The notes below the pieces were generated by a model. That model had not been told where the DNA came from. It ran no database searches and was given only the letters and a program-made list of their open reading frames with translations. From positions 10,659 through 74,658 of the forward strand of contig JBAXFQ010000002.1 in NCBI GenBank assembly GCA_037139835.1: 64,000 nucleotides of DNA, read 5' to 3'. The DNA comes from Candidatus Nomurabacteria bacterium. GTDB taxonomy: Bacteria > Patescibacteriota > Minisyncoccia > Phycocordibacterales > UBA9973. Shown here piece by piece: positions 46,525-55,700 of the stretch. Each line of letters begins with the position of its first letter. Position 1 is the first letter of the stretch. The position numbers were made by a program, and so were the translations under genes.

Positions 46525-47826
46525 ATGAAAGATATATTCAAAAAAATAATAGTAACGATAGTCACATGGCAAGCAAGACTCGTCATTAAAAAATACAAAC
46601 CCAAGATTATAGCCATTACTGGTTCTGTGGGTAAAACTTCTACTAAGGATGCTATATTTACGATTCTCTCTAAATTTAAAAAAGTTAGAAAAAGTGAGAA
46701 GAGTTTCAATAGTGAGATAGGTCTACCTTTAACTATATTAGGATGTCCAAATGGATGGAGTAATCCCATCACCTGGCTTGAAAATATCATAAAAGGATTT
46801 GGTTTGATTTTATTTAAAAATTCTTATCCTGAATATTTAGTGCTTGAAGTTGGAGTAGGTAAGCCTGGTGATATTAAAAATAATGTAGCACCTTGGCTTT
46901 CTCCTGATATTGTAGTTATAACTCGTTTTCCTGATAAACCAGTACATGTTGAATTCTTTGGTAGTGTTGAAAGTATTATAGAGGAGAAAAGTGCATTAGC
47001 TTATGCATTGAAACCAGATGGAGTTTTGATATTAAATCATGATGATGATAAAGTCTATGCTGTTCACAATAAGGCAAACCGTCGAACAGTTTCTTATGGT
47101 ATGAATAATAATGCTACTTATAGAGCAACTTACCCAGTTTATATAAATACAGATGTAAACGGTGTAGAGACAACTAGAGGTATCAGTTTTAAGTTAGAGC
47201 ATGATGGACATACATTTCCGGTTATTTTGCCAAATATTGTAGGGATGCATTATGTCGGTTCAGCGTTAGCAGCACTTGCTTGTGCTTTAGAAGTGGGCTG
47301 TGATCTTTTGATGTCTTTGAATTATATAAGTGAATATAACACACCACCAGGAAGACTTTCAGTACTAAACGGAATCAATGGGTCAAATATAATTGATGAT
47401 ACTTATAACTCTTCTCCTGTTGCTGCAGCTGCAGCTATTGAAGTCTTAAAAGAGATGAAAGGAAAGAGGAAGATTGCGGTTCTAGGTGACATGCTTGAAT
47501 TAGGTAAATATACAGAGGAAGAACATCACAACTTGGGGAAAGAAGTTTCCAAAATTGCAAATATTTTAGTTGTAGTAGGCTTGAGATCTAAATTTATAGC
47601 TGAAGGTGCTTTAGAGGATGGATTTAAACAGAAAAATCTTTATATTTTTGACTCTTCAGAAACGGCAGCAAAATTTTTAGAAGGTATAATAGAGAAGGGG
47701 GATCTGATATTAGTGAAGGGATCACAGGGTGTTCGCTTAGAGAAAGTAGTGGCTAGTATCATGGAAGATAAAGACAATAGATATAAGCTTCTTTGTAGAC
47801 AGGAAAAAGAGTGGCAGAGCAGATAA
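46525..47826 (+). CDS. murF: UDP-N-acetylmuramoyl-tripeptide--D-alanyl-D-alanine ligase MurF
   Basis: IIAITGSVGKTSTKD; Mur ligase domains; follows ftsI. Confidence 0.85.
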   Translation: MKDIFKKIIVTIVTWQARLVIKKYKPKIIAITGSVGKTSTKDAIFTILSKFKKVRKSEKSFNSEIGLPLTILGCPNGWSNPITWLENIIKGFGLILFKNSYPEYLVLEVGVGKPGDIKNNVAPWLSPDIVVITRFPDKPVHVEFFGSVESIIEEKSALAYALKPDGVLILNHDDDKVYAVHNKANRRTVSYGMNNNATYRATYPVYINTDVNGVETTRGISFKLEHDGHTFPVILPNIVGMHYVGSALAALACALEVGCDLLMSLNYISEYNTPPGRLSVLNGINGSNIIDDTYNSSPVAAAAAIEVLKEMKGKRKIAVLGDMLELGKYTEEEHHNLGKEVSKIANILVVVGLRSKFIAEGALEDGFKQKNLYIFDSSETAAKFLEGIIEKGDLILVKGSQGVRLEKVVASIMEDKDNRYKLLCRQEKEWQSR

Positions 47827-47991
47827 AATTACGTATTTGACTTTGATTCCTAAAAATGTAAATATATAAATATGTTAGATATTAACAAAAATCAAAATTT
47901 AAATAAAAGCTTCTGGGGAAGTTTCTATTTCTATACTTTCAATTTGAAGGTTGATTTTTGTTAATAAAACTACTCCCATTAATTTATTACT

Positions 47992-48024
47992 AAAAACCAG
48001 CTTTCAAAAAAAGCTGGTTTTTAG
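47992..48024 (+). terminator. rho-independent terminator AACCAGCTTT-caaaa-AAAGCTGGTTTTT
   Basis: 10-bp perfect stem plus T-run ~170 nt after murF. Confidence 0.7.
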
Positions 48025-48083
48025 TTCTTTGTGCTAAAAGTTCTTTCAAAAATAAAATAAAAATAAATTTAAATCTATTAATT

Positions 48084-48248
48084 ATGAAAACTACGAAAAG
48101 AATTAATGGTTACCTTTATAGTGTAGATTCAGACGTTAAGTCAGAATCAGAGATTGTGGATCAAGAAGAGTTAACTGCTGAAGAACTCTTAGTTTCAGAA
48201 GGTCTTTCTTCTGAAGAGATAAGAAGGAAAATTATAGAAGCAGAATAA
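48084..48248 (+). CDS. small acidic hypothetical protein (54 aa)
   Basis: ATG...TAA ORF (MKTTKRINGYLYSVDSDVKSESEIVDQEELTAEELLVSEGLSSEEIRRKIIEAE) bracketed by two terminators; below the ORF-track size cut-off. Confidence 0.3.
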   Translation: MKTTKRINGYLYSVDSDVKSESEIVDQEELTAEELLVSEGLSSEEIRRKIIEAE

Positions 48249-48278
48249 TCTTCTTTAAAATGCCTAATAGGCGCAAAC

Positions 48279-48308
48279 AAAAAGCCGTACGACTAGTACG
48301 GCTTTTTA
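48279..48308. terminator. bidirectional terminator AAAAAGCCGTAC-gacta-GTACGGCTTTTT
   Basis: Perfect stem flanked by A-run and T-run; between the 54-aa ORF (+) and the YceI gene (-). Confidence 0.75.
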
Positions 48309-48318
48309 TTATTTTGTA

Positions 48319-48840
48319 TTAAGCTTCCTTTATTTCTAAGAATGCCTCGATGACTACTTGATCTCCTATGAGAACACCTCCAGTCTCAAGTGCTACATTC
48401 CAGACTAGTCCGAAGTCGCTACGATTTATCTTTCCAAATAATTCAACTCCTATAACTTTCTCGCTCTCCATGCCTTTAGCTAGGTCACTTAGAGAAGCTT
48501 TCAATTCAACTTCTTTAGTTATATCTTTTATCGTTAAATTACCTTTTATACTTAGTTCATTCTTTACTCTTTTAACAGAAGTAGAAACGAAGGACATAGT
48601 AGGAAACTTTGCTGAGTCAAAAAAATCAGCACTCATAAGATGTTCATTCCTATCTTTGTTGTTCGTACTGATACTATTTGTATTAGTTGTAAAATTGATA
48701 GTCCCTCCGTCTAATGTGTCATCTTTTGCTGATATATTACCTTCAAAATCAGTAAATATACCTCGTATTGTTGATATCATTAAATGTCTAACCTTGAACG
48801 CTACTTCTGCATGAGCAGTATCTATTTTCCATGTATTCAT
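48319..48840 (-). CDS. YceI-family (polyisoprenoid-binding) protein
   Basis: MNTWKIDTAHAEVAFKVRHLMISTIRGIFTDFEG matches the YceI-like domain N-terminal signature. Confidence 0.75.
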   Translation of the reverse strand: MNTWKIDTAHAEVAFKVRHLMISTIRGIFTDFEGNISAKDDTLDGGTINFTTNTNSISTNNKDRNEHLMSADFFDSAKFPTMSFVSTSVKRVKNELSIKGNLTIKDITKEVELKASLSDLAKGMESEKVIGVELFGKINRSDFGLVWNVALETGGVLIGDQVVIEAFLEIKEA

Positions 48841-48936
48841 GTTTTTTTTATTACAATCAACTTACTGACATTGCATGCTTGTAGTCAATATATTGATTAT
48901 TTTTAATTATCTTTAATATTCTTAATATACACTAGT

Positions 48937-48961
48937 TACTTTACAAAGTAAAGTACTTTAC
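48937..48961 (+). promoter_or_regulatory. candidate operator: TACTTTAC-aaa-GTAAAGTACTTTAC (three half-sites; 14-nt perfect palindrome 48948-48961) overlapping the -35 of the HxlR-family regulator promoter, divergent from the YceI gene
   Basis: Inverted-repeat half-sites seen directly; -35 TTTACA (48958-48963) and extended -10 TGATACTAT (~48977-48985). Confidence 0.5.
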
Positions 48962-48993
48962 ATTATACAGCACAAATGATACTATCTGTCTAT

Positions 48994-49281
48994 ATGAATA
49001 AAACAATACATACAAATTGCCCTATAGCTAAAACAGCCCAGCTACTATCTGACTCTTGGACTATGCTTATTATTCGTGATTTATTGGGCAATAGTATGCG
49101 TTTTTGTGAAATAGAGACTTCTCTTGATGGTATTAGTAGCCGCACCTTGGCTTTAAAGTTGAAACGTTTAGAAGAGGAGAAGATAATAAAAAAATCAGAA
49201 TTATACTATTCACTTACAGCTCAGGGGAAAAAATTAAAAAAAGTTATAGATGCTATGGAATCTTGGGGTAAGACATTATAA
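48994..49281 (+). CDS. HxlR-family winged-helix transcriptional regulator
   Basis: CPIAKTAQLLSDSWTMLIIRDLLGNSMRFCEIETSLDGISSRTLALKLKRLEEEKII; start moved to ATG 48994 (track start 48976 lies inside the predicted -10). Confidence 0.75.
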   Translation: MNKTIHTNCPIAKTAQLLSDSWTMLIIRDLLGNSMRFCEIETSLDGISSRTLALKLKRLEEEKIIKKSELYYSLTAQGKKLKKVIDAMESWGKTL

Positions 49282-49298
49282 TTTTAAATATAAAATAT

Positions 49299-50096
49299 AT
49301 GAATAAATATAAAATGCCAGTTATCTTTGTTGGGCACGGTAGTCCTATGAATGCAATAGAAGATAACGAATTTACAAAGAATTTTAAAAAAGTAGCTAAG
49401 GGTATACCAAAGCCGAAGGCTATCATTTGCATATCAGCACATTGGGTTACAGAGGGTACTAAAGTAACAGCTATGGAAAAGCCTAAAACCATTCATGACT
49501 TTTATGGATTTCCTGAAGAGTTATATAATATAGAATATCCTGCTGTTGGAAGCTTGAAATTAGCTGAAGAGATAAAGAGCTTGCTTTCAGATACTACAGT
49601 TGAGTCAGATTATAGCTGGGGTCTTGATCATGGTACTTGGTCTGTACTTAGACACATGTATCCTGATGCGGATGTACCTGTAGTTCAGATAAGTCTAGAT
49701 TATAATAAATCATCTAAAGAACATTTTGATTTAGCCAAAAATCTTTCAAAACTTCGTGAAGAAGGAATTTTGATAATAGGGAGTGGGGATATAGTTCACA
49801 ACTTGAGAGAAATAGACTTTAAAAATATTGAAACTCATGATTATGGATATGATTGGGCAAAAAGGATACAGAAAGATATAAATAAGGATATACTCGAAGA
49901 CCATTTTGAGAATATATATAATTATGATGATAAGAATAGTGATTATAATCTAGCTATACCTACGCCAGAACATTTTTGGCCGCTTCTGTATGTACTAGGC
50001 TTAAAAGAAGAGTCAGATAATATAGAAATATGGAATGATATACTTGTTGGAGGATCTCTAAGTATGACCTCTATAACTGCTTCAAATTCCAAATAA
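49299..50096 (+). CDS. class III extradiol ring-cleavage dioxygenase (YgiD/DOPA 4,5-dioxygenase-like)
   Basis: PVIFVGHGSPMNA...ISAHW...LDHGTWSVL conserved His ligand context. Confidence 0.75.
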   Translation: MNKYKMPVIFVGHGSPMNAIEDNEFTKNFKKVAKGIPKPKAIICISAHWVTEGTKVTAMEKPKTIHDFYGFPEELYNIEYPAVGSLKLAEEIKSLLSDTTVESDYSWGLDHGTWSVLRHMYPDADVPVVQISLDYNKSSKEHFDLAKNLSKLREEGILIIGSGDIVHNLREIDFKNIETHDYGYDWAKRIQKDINKDILEDHFENIYNYDDKNSDYNLAIPTPEHFWPLLYVLGLKEESDNIEIWNDILVGGSLSMTSITASNSK

Positions 50097-50217
50097 TTTT
50101 TTGGTATTTTTACGATATATGACCAAATAGATGAATATTGACACTACTATGCAATAGTTGTATATTTCATCTATATTTGTCCTTTATATACTTAAATATT
50201 CTTAAAAAAAATTAATT

Positions 50218-50976
50218 ATGAAAAAAATCAATTTAATTTTATTGTTTGTTTTTGGGTTGTTCTTAGTTATTCTTAATGGATGTAAAAAAGATAAGGAAAC
50301 AAGAGTTTTTGTTGCTTCGGGACATCCAGCCTGGGCACCTATTATGTATCAAGAGGGTAATCAGATTATTGGAGCTGGCCCTGAGATTGCAGATATGATC
50401 TTTAAAGAGCTTGATTTAAAAGTTTTATTTCCGTATGAAGGCCTCTGGGATGTTGTTCAAGCAAAAACTAAGAGTGGAGAAATTGACATGATTGTAGCTG
50501 CGTATAAGACAGCTGAAAGGGAGACTTATATGGATTATTCTGTGATCTATACAGTTGATCCAGTATCTATCTTTGTTAAAAAAGGAAAAACTTTCCCGTT
50601 TGTTAACTGGAATGAACTTTTGAGTAAAAAGGGAGTTGTAACTACTGGTGATAGCTATGGTCAGGCTTTTGATCAATATATCAAAAATAGTCTATCTGTT
50701 GCCTCTGTAACTACTCCTGATGAAGCCTTCAATCTTCTCCTTACTGACCAGGCAGATTATTTTGTTTATGCATACTATTCTGGAACTAATTACTTAACAA
50801 GTAAGAATTTGAATAGTCAAATAGAAGTTTTATCGAACTACGTTAGTTCTGAAAACTTTTATATGTGTATTTCAAAAAAATCACCACTTTTAGTATATCT
50901 TCCAAAAATTAATTCAATTCTTGAAAGATACAAGAATGATGGGACTATCGATCGAGTGATCCAAAAGTATAAATAA
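50218..50976 (+). CDS. lipoprotein, ABC-transporter substrate-binding protein family 3 (amino-acid type)
   Basis: Lipobox LNGC; periplasmic-binding fold length; no cognate permease/ATPase adjacent. Confidence 0.55.
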   Translation: MKKINLILLFVFGLFLVILNGCKKDKETRVFVASGHPAWAPIMYQEGNQIIGAGPEIADMIFKELDLKVLFPYEGLWDVVQAKTKSGEIDMIVAAYKTAERETYMDYSVIYTVDPVSIFVKKGKTFPFVNWNELLSKKGVVTTGDSYGQAFDQYIKNSLSVASVTTPDEAFNLLLTDQADYFVYAYYSGTNYLTSKNLNSQIEVLSNYVSSENFYMCISKKSPLLVYLPKINSILERYKNDGTIDRVIQKYK

Positions 50977-50994
50977 ATTTAAAGTTTATTTATT

Positions 50995-51027
50995 AAAAAA
51001 CGGCAGAAGTTCTGTCGTTTTTTTATT
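50995..51027 (+). terminator. rho-independent terminator AAAAACGGCAGA-agt-TCTGTCGTTTTTTT
   Basis: Stem with one G-T pair plus 7-T run. Confidence 0.65.
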
Positions 51028-51069
51028 TATATTAATTTTGTTTAACTTAAATATTAATTCTGATACAAT

Positions 51070-51507
51070 GTGTATATGATAAAAGAAGGAACAAAAATAA
51101 TAGATTTTAGTCTTGTTGATCAAGACAAAGTAGTACACAAATTATCAGATTATTCTACAGGTCGCGTGCTTTTGTATTTTTACCCCAAAGATGATACTCC
51201 TGGATGTACAAAAGAAGCATGTATGATAACAGAAGTTTATGATGATTTTATAAAGGCAGGAATCACTGTTCTAGGTGTATCCTCTGATTCACCAGAGAGT
51301 CATAAGAAATTTAAAGAAAAATATAATTTACCTTTTACTCTTTTGTCAGATACAGACAAAAAGGTTATTAAGGATTATGGAGCTTCTTCTTTATTATTCA
51401 CCAAAAGAATTTCATATCTTATAGATAAAGGGGTAATAATCAAAGTTTATCCGAAAGTTGACCCTGCAACTCATGCGATAGAAATATTAAAAGAAATAGG
51501 AATATAA
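51070..51507 (+). CDS. bcp: thiol peroxidase / peroxiredoxin Bcp
   Basis: FYPKDDTPGCTKEAC peroxidatic Cys motif. Confidence 0.8.
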   Translation: MYMIKEGTKIIDFSLVDQDKVVHKLSDYSTGRVLLYFYPKDDTPGCTKEACMITEVYDDFIKAGITVLGVSSDSPESHKKFKEKYNLPFTLLSDTDKKVIKDYGASSLLFTKRISYLIDKGVIIKVYPKVDPATHAIEILKEIGI

Positions 51508-51565
51508 TACCAAATAAAAACTCCCGAACGGGAATTTTAATTATATTTTATAATCAAGTTCGATA

Positions 51566-51650
51566 AAATTAGAATTAGATTGTAAGGGGCATAAGGGGAT
51601 TTTGATGAAAAAAATAATCACTTGACAAAATATTTCTATGTGATATGATA
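51566..51650 (+). repeat. copy 1 of repeated promoter module (AAATTAGAATTAGATTGTAAGGGGCATAAGGGGATTT + TTGACA-N17-TATGAT at 51622-51650)
   Basis: Homologous to copies at 52550, 53424, 54310 and 55231. Confidence 0.7.
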
Positions 51651-51962
51651 TTAACCGAGTAGTCTAGTATGTTTCAAACTTTCATTTTGAAATTAGCCCG
51701 AGACAAAAGGCTGGTATTCGTTTCAAAAAACTCATGGCGATGAGAAAAGCAGAGATCGCCATCTCTGAGAGAAACATGAATACAGAACGATAAAATATCT
51801 TTTAATAAATTTTGTAATAAAAAAATTCTAATTTAAAGCACCGTCATAATTTTGGCGGTGTATTTATTTTTATTTAAAATATATAAGTATTTTAAAAATT
51901 AACTAGACAAAACGAGATATTTGGGGTAATGTGGAGAAAATTCACAATTAAAAATTAACACG

Positions 51963-52469
51963 ATGAAAAAGGTTTATTTTTTTAGTCTATTGATTACTGG
52001 AATTCTATACGGGAATGTTGGTAGGGCTCAGTGTATAGAGAAGTTGATTTTATCTACAACATTAGATGAAATTTCTGATGTTATTGATAATAATGTCTCT
52101 TGTATAAAAGAGACATTAAATAATCAAAAATATGAAAAGTTTAAATTTAAGATAAATTATTTATATAAAACTTCTTATATTTGGGTTTATCATAAAAATC
52201 CGGAGAAAGAAAGATTGTTTAATAAATTTTATCAAACCTATGGATATTTATATCCTAGTCTGTTATCCATTAAACCAACTTCTGGCATCTTTTATGATGC
52301 TCTAAATGAAATGATTGCTAGCGACCCTAAGTACTTTTCTCAAATTCAGAAAACAAATATTCCACTCAAATATATACAGTGGATGAGAGTCAAAGGTTTG
52401 AAAGAAAAATTTGGTGAAGCAAGCGTCATCCGGTTAATGCAATCTGCTTCTAAAATTATTGATATGTAG
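51963..52469 (+). CDS. hypothetical secreted protein (168 aa)
   Basis: Signal peptide MKKVYFFSLLITGILYGNVGRAQC; ~300-nt leader after module copy 1. Confidence 0.35.
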   Translation: MKKVYFFSLLITGILYGNVGRAQCIEKLILSTTLDEISDVIDNNVSCIKETLNNQKYEKFKFKINYLYKTSYIWVYHKNPEKERLFNKFYQTYGYLYPSLLSIKPTSGIFYDALNEMIASDPKYFSQIQKTNIPLKYIQWMRVKGLKEKFGEASVIRLMQSASKIIDM

Positions 52470-52507
52470 TTTAGACAATAAATTTTTTAAAAAGAAAGGA
52501 GAATAGG

Positions 52508-52662
52508 ATACTCTGCAGACATAATCTGTGGAGTATTTTTTTAATCTATGACCCTAGGGGGCAAAATTAGAACTAAATTGTAGGGAAGATAAGGAGGATT
52601 TGGGATTTTGAGATTAAACAATAATTTTAACTATTGACATGAAATATTAGCAGTTGTATAAA
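52508..52662 (+). repeat. copy 2 of repeated module: terminator hairpin ATACTCTGCAGACATAATCTGTGGAGTA + T7 (52508-52542), GACCCTAGGGGG box, AAATTGTAGGGAAGATAAGGAGGATTT, TTGACA-N17-TATAAA (52634-52662)
   Basis: Near-identical to copy 5 at 55187-55283. Confidence 0.75.
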
Positions 52663-52809
52663 TACAATATATATAGCTCTTTGAAAACGAATATTTTTTT
52701 CGTCGTCAGACATAAGGTTTTGATACTTTATGCCTGGCGATGATGAACATTTCCAGGTCTGTGCTAATGTTGGCATAGAAATCGACGGTGATCGTCGAAA
52801 GGAGACAAT

Positions 52810-53352
52810 ATGTTACTTAATTTTTTTGATGGTGATTATGATTTTACGGGTGAAGGTATCTTTTTAATGGCTATTATTATGTTGGTTTTTTTTCTAAATT
52901 ATTTTTATTTTAAACCCAAAAAAATAATTGAAGAAATCGCTTTGAAAAAAAGTAAAGAAGAATGGAAACTAAAAAATGATGAATTGAACAGAATTAATAT
53001 TGAAAATGAAAAGAATCAATTTGCACTTTATAAGTTTGGTGTAAAATTGGGTACAAATTTACAAAGTAATAATTATGCTTACGACGAAATTATTCGCATT
53101 GTAAATTTAATAGCCATAAATGTATCACAGTTGTGCGTAGAACAAGACAAAATAAATAGAAGTGATTCTAAGATTTGGGAAAAAAAATGCATCGACGAAC
53201 AATTGAAAGAAATAAAAACTAAATGGGCTGAGATGAGAGAATCTGCTGTTTATATTAAATCTGATTTAATTAATCATTTGCCACATTTCAGTGAATATGA
53301 ACCATTGAAGAGTTACAATGCAGAGAATAATCTCAGAAAAAAATCTATATAA
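52810..53352 (+). CDS. hypothetical membrane-anchored protein (180 aa)
   Basis: N-terminal TM, charged coiled-coil-like remainder. Confidence 0.35.
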   Translation: MLLNFFDGDYDFTGEGIFLMAIIMLVFFLNYFYFKPKKIIEEIALKKSKEEWKLKNDELNRINIENEKNQFALYKFGVKLGTNLQSNNYAYDEIIRIVNLIAINVSQLCVEQDKINRSDSKIWEKKCIDEQLKEIKTKWAEMRESAVYIKSDLINHLPHFSEYEPLKSYNAENNLRKKSI

Positions 53353-53423
53353 TTTTAAAAATTATATTAACTGAAAGTTAAATTAAAGAGGTCATTTGAA
53401 TTTTATTCAATGACCTTTTTTAT

Positions 53424-53518
53424 GGCCCAGTGGGTTGGAGTCGGAACCAGATTGTAGGGAATATGATATATTTTTTAAATTAATAGTTATTGACAAAATA
53501 ATATAAATATGTTATTTT
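53424..53518 (+). repeat. copy 3 of repeated module (GGCCCAGTGGG box, GGAACCAGATTGTAGGGAATATGATATATTTT, TTGACA at 53490-53495)
   Basis: Second AGGGGAT half-site degenerate in this copy. Confidence 0.6.
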
Positions 53519-53621
53519 AGAAGGTAATTATGGATCTTTAAATATTCTGTTTTTTAATATTTGGTGGATGATCTCTGTCTCTTGATTGGAGGTTGAGATA
53601 ATTCACTAAAAATAAAAAAAC

Positions 53622-54248
53622 ATGAAAAAAATTTTAGTTGTTGGTGGAACAGGCTTTATTGGTGTAGCTATTACCAATAAATTGAAAGCTAAATATTTTA
53701 GTTTTAATGTTATCAGTGTGGGGCATTCAGAACTTGATGTCACAAATTTAGATAGCATATCTAAATTTTATATTAATAATGTTAATAATGAAATATTCGA
53801 TGGAATTATATATTCTGTTGGTAATTGCCCTCCATATGGATTTATAGAGGAAGTAAAAAATCCATTATTAAATCTTGATCCTAGTAAGTTAAATGATGAT
53901 TTCGATCTTCATGTAACTGGACTCTTAAGGGTAATTCAAATGATGAAAAATAATCTTAGCTCAAGTGCGAAGATAGTCGTCATTAGTTCCGGTATTACAA
54001 TGGTTACGGATGAGACTTGCCCTCCAACTCTTTTTGCTGGTCATTATGCTACTGTTAAGTCTGCTCAAGACGAACTTGTAAAATGGCTTAATCGAGATCA
54101 ATTTTTTCTAAAAAAAGGAATTTCGGTTAAAAGCTTAAAGTTGAGGTCTATAGATACACCATTCCACTGGAAAGAACCAGTTGAACTTAAATCGCCATTT
54201 ATGATGTCTCTGGATGATGCATCGGAAATGATTCTAAAAGAATTATAA
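53622..54248 (+). CDS. NAD(P)-binding Rossmann-fold protein (short-chain dehydrogenase / NmrA-like)
   Basis: KILVVGGTGFIGVAI dinucleotide-binding motif. Confidence 0.55.
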   Translation: MKKILVVGGTGFIGVAITNKLKAKYFSFNVISVGHSELDVTNLDSISKFYINNVNNEIFDGIIYSVGNCPPYGFIEEVKNPLLNLDPSKLNDDFDLHVTGLLRVIQMMKNNLSSSAKIVVISSGITMVTDETCPPTLFAGHYATVKSAQDELVKWLNRDQFFLKKGISVKSLKLRSIDTPFHWKEPVELKSPFMMSLDDASEMILKEL

Positions 54249-54309
54249 AATTATTAAGGAAGCCAATACAAATTCGTATTGGTTTTTTTATTTGTATGCT
54301 GATTTAGAA

Positions 54310-54391
54310 AAATTGGAACCAGGTACTAGGAATATAAGGGGATTTAAGTTATTTAAATATTATTGACAAAGTAGCGTAAATATGCTATTAT
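54310..54391 (+). repeat. copy 4 of repeated module (AATTGGAACCAGGTACTAGGAATATAAGGGGATTT + TTGACA-N17-TATTAT at 54363-54391)
   Basis: Promoter hexamers and spacing seen directly. Confidence 0.7.
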
Positions 54392-54436
54392 TTGAAAGTA
54401 AAATTGTTATTCGAAATCATTTTAATTTAATATGTT

Positions 54437-55150
54437 ATGAAAAACCTGTTTCTGTTGTTTGTTTTATCGTTCTCATTTATTAGTAGTATTTATTCTCAAA
54501 CAGTGACTTTGGTCACTACCACAAACGGTATTGCTCCCATCCCAGCTTTTACTTTGGGTGAGCCGGCAACACTTGTGTTTTTAAACACAAACCTGAGTAA
54601 GCATTTTAGCTTTTCTCCGGATATTGCTTTTTCAACAAAAGATGGCAGCTTTTGGTTTTCAGATTTGTGGTTGAGATATCACACAGAACTGGATTCAGCA
54701 AATAAGTGGAATATGATTGTGGGAGTGGATTACCCCTCATTCATCGGAGGATCCTCAAAAAATGCTAGTGGAAAAAAGATTTCTACGACTTCTATCTATC
54801 CTACTGGCCAATTTTGTTTAGAAAGAAAAATAGGAGTGAATAATTTATTGGTTTTAGACTATTGGTATTTAAAAGCTACTGATATGTCTACCGGTATAAA
54901 GGGAAGTTATCTTAGTTTGTCTTTTTACTACAATAAACCTTTAAAAGATTTTTCTTTTGGATTACATCCAAATCTTTTCTATCTGAATTATTCAGACGGC
55001 ACCAAGGGATTTGTAGGAGCCTTGGATGTAAGGTTTTCTCATAACAAATCCGGATTATTTATTGCTAGTCAGGGGATGTCTCCCTTGGGAGCAGAAAGAG
55101 TAAAATCTGGTTGGAACTTGTCTGTGGGAATTACCAGAAAAATGTTTTAA
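54437..55150 (+). CDS. hypothetical secreted protein (237 aa)
   Basis: Signal peptide; C-terminal ...WNLSVGITRKMF ends with Phe after alternating hydrophobic residues (beta-barrel-like terminal signature; weak). Confidence 0.35.
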   Translation: MKNLFLLFVLSFSFISSIYSQTVTLVTTTNGIAPIPAFTLGEPATLVFLNTNLSKHFSFSPDIAFSTKDGSFWFSDLWLRYHTELDSANKWNMIVGVDYPSFIGGSSKNASGKKISTTSIYPTGQFCLERKIGVNNLLVLDYWYLKATDMSTGIKGSYLSLSFYYNKPLKDFSFGLHPNLFYLNYSDGTKGFVGALDVRFSHNKSGLFIASQGMSPLGAERVKSGWNLSVGITRKMF

Positions 55151-55186
55151 CTGTATTAATTAAAATTTTAAAATGAAAGAAAAATA

Positions 55187-55283
55187 ATACTCTGCAGATA
55201 TAAAATCTGTGGAGTATTTTTTTTGTCTGTGACCCAAGTGGGACAAAATTGGAACCAGATTGTAGGGGATATAAGGGAATTTA
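55187..55283 (+). repeat. copy 5 of repeated module: terminator hairpin ATACTCTGCAGATATAAAATCTGTGGAGTA + T run (55187-55224), GACCCAAGTGGG box, AAAATTGGAACCAGATTGTAGGGGATATAAGGGAATTT (55245-55283); no promoter hexamers follow
   Basis: Best consensus copy: tandem AGGGGAT...AGGGAAT half-sites 10 bp apart. Confidence 0.75.
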
Positions 55284-55298
55284 GTTTATAAACTAAAG

Positions 55299-55616
55299 TT
55301 AATTAAAACTGTTACCGAATGCTATTCCAGAAATAATAAAAACTAAAATGACGGATATTATTAAAATATAATTAATTGTATTATATATTTTTTTATTTTC
55401 TGAAAATATGGAAATTATTGATATTATTATTATAAATGATAAAAATGGAAAAACTATTGGTCCGTCTCCTTTATTAAATGTAAATCCATGGCTTATATAA
55501 GCCATAGTTTGCAGCCCTGAAATAATTATAAAAATAGAAGGTATGATCATTTTCCCAAAACTTTTCTTACTAACGGTTGTTTGTTGTTTAATATCTTTAT
55601 TTTGTAAATTTTCCAT
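55299..55616 (-). CDS. small polytopic membrane hypothetical protein (105 aa)
   Basis: ORF track; 3 hydrophobic segments. Confidence 0.3.
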   Translation of the reverse strand: MENLQNKDIKQQTTVSKKSFGKMIIPSIFIIISGLQTMAYISHGFTFNKGDGPIVFPFLSFIIIISIISIFSENKKIYNTINYILIISVILVFIISGIAFGNSFN

Positions 55617-55700
55617 ATAAACATTGTATCAGATTTCAAATCATAAATATATCCCGTGGGTTACAAAAAAGATACTTATAAAATAAGCTCAAAAAATTTG

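Noticed and set aside
41328-50676. Antisense ORFs 41328..41651, 45916..46161, 45992..46234, 46452..46790, 48368..48814, 49253..49492, 50425..50676
   Set aside because: Opposite-strand shadows within lysS, ftsI, murF, YceI, dioxygenase and SBP genes.
55640-55700. AT-rich palindrome-like sequence downstream of tRNA-Glu resembling the tRNA-Gly/Arg palindromes
   Set aside because: Only ~5-bp arms with a large loop, and none of the conserved boxes (CGATAAGCGTA, antisense T-arm). Not counted as a member of the module family.
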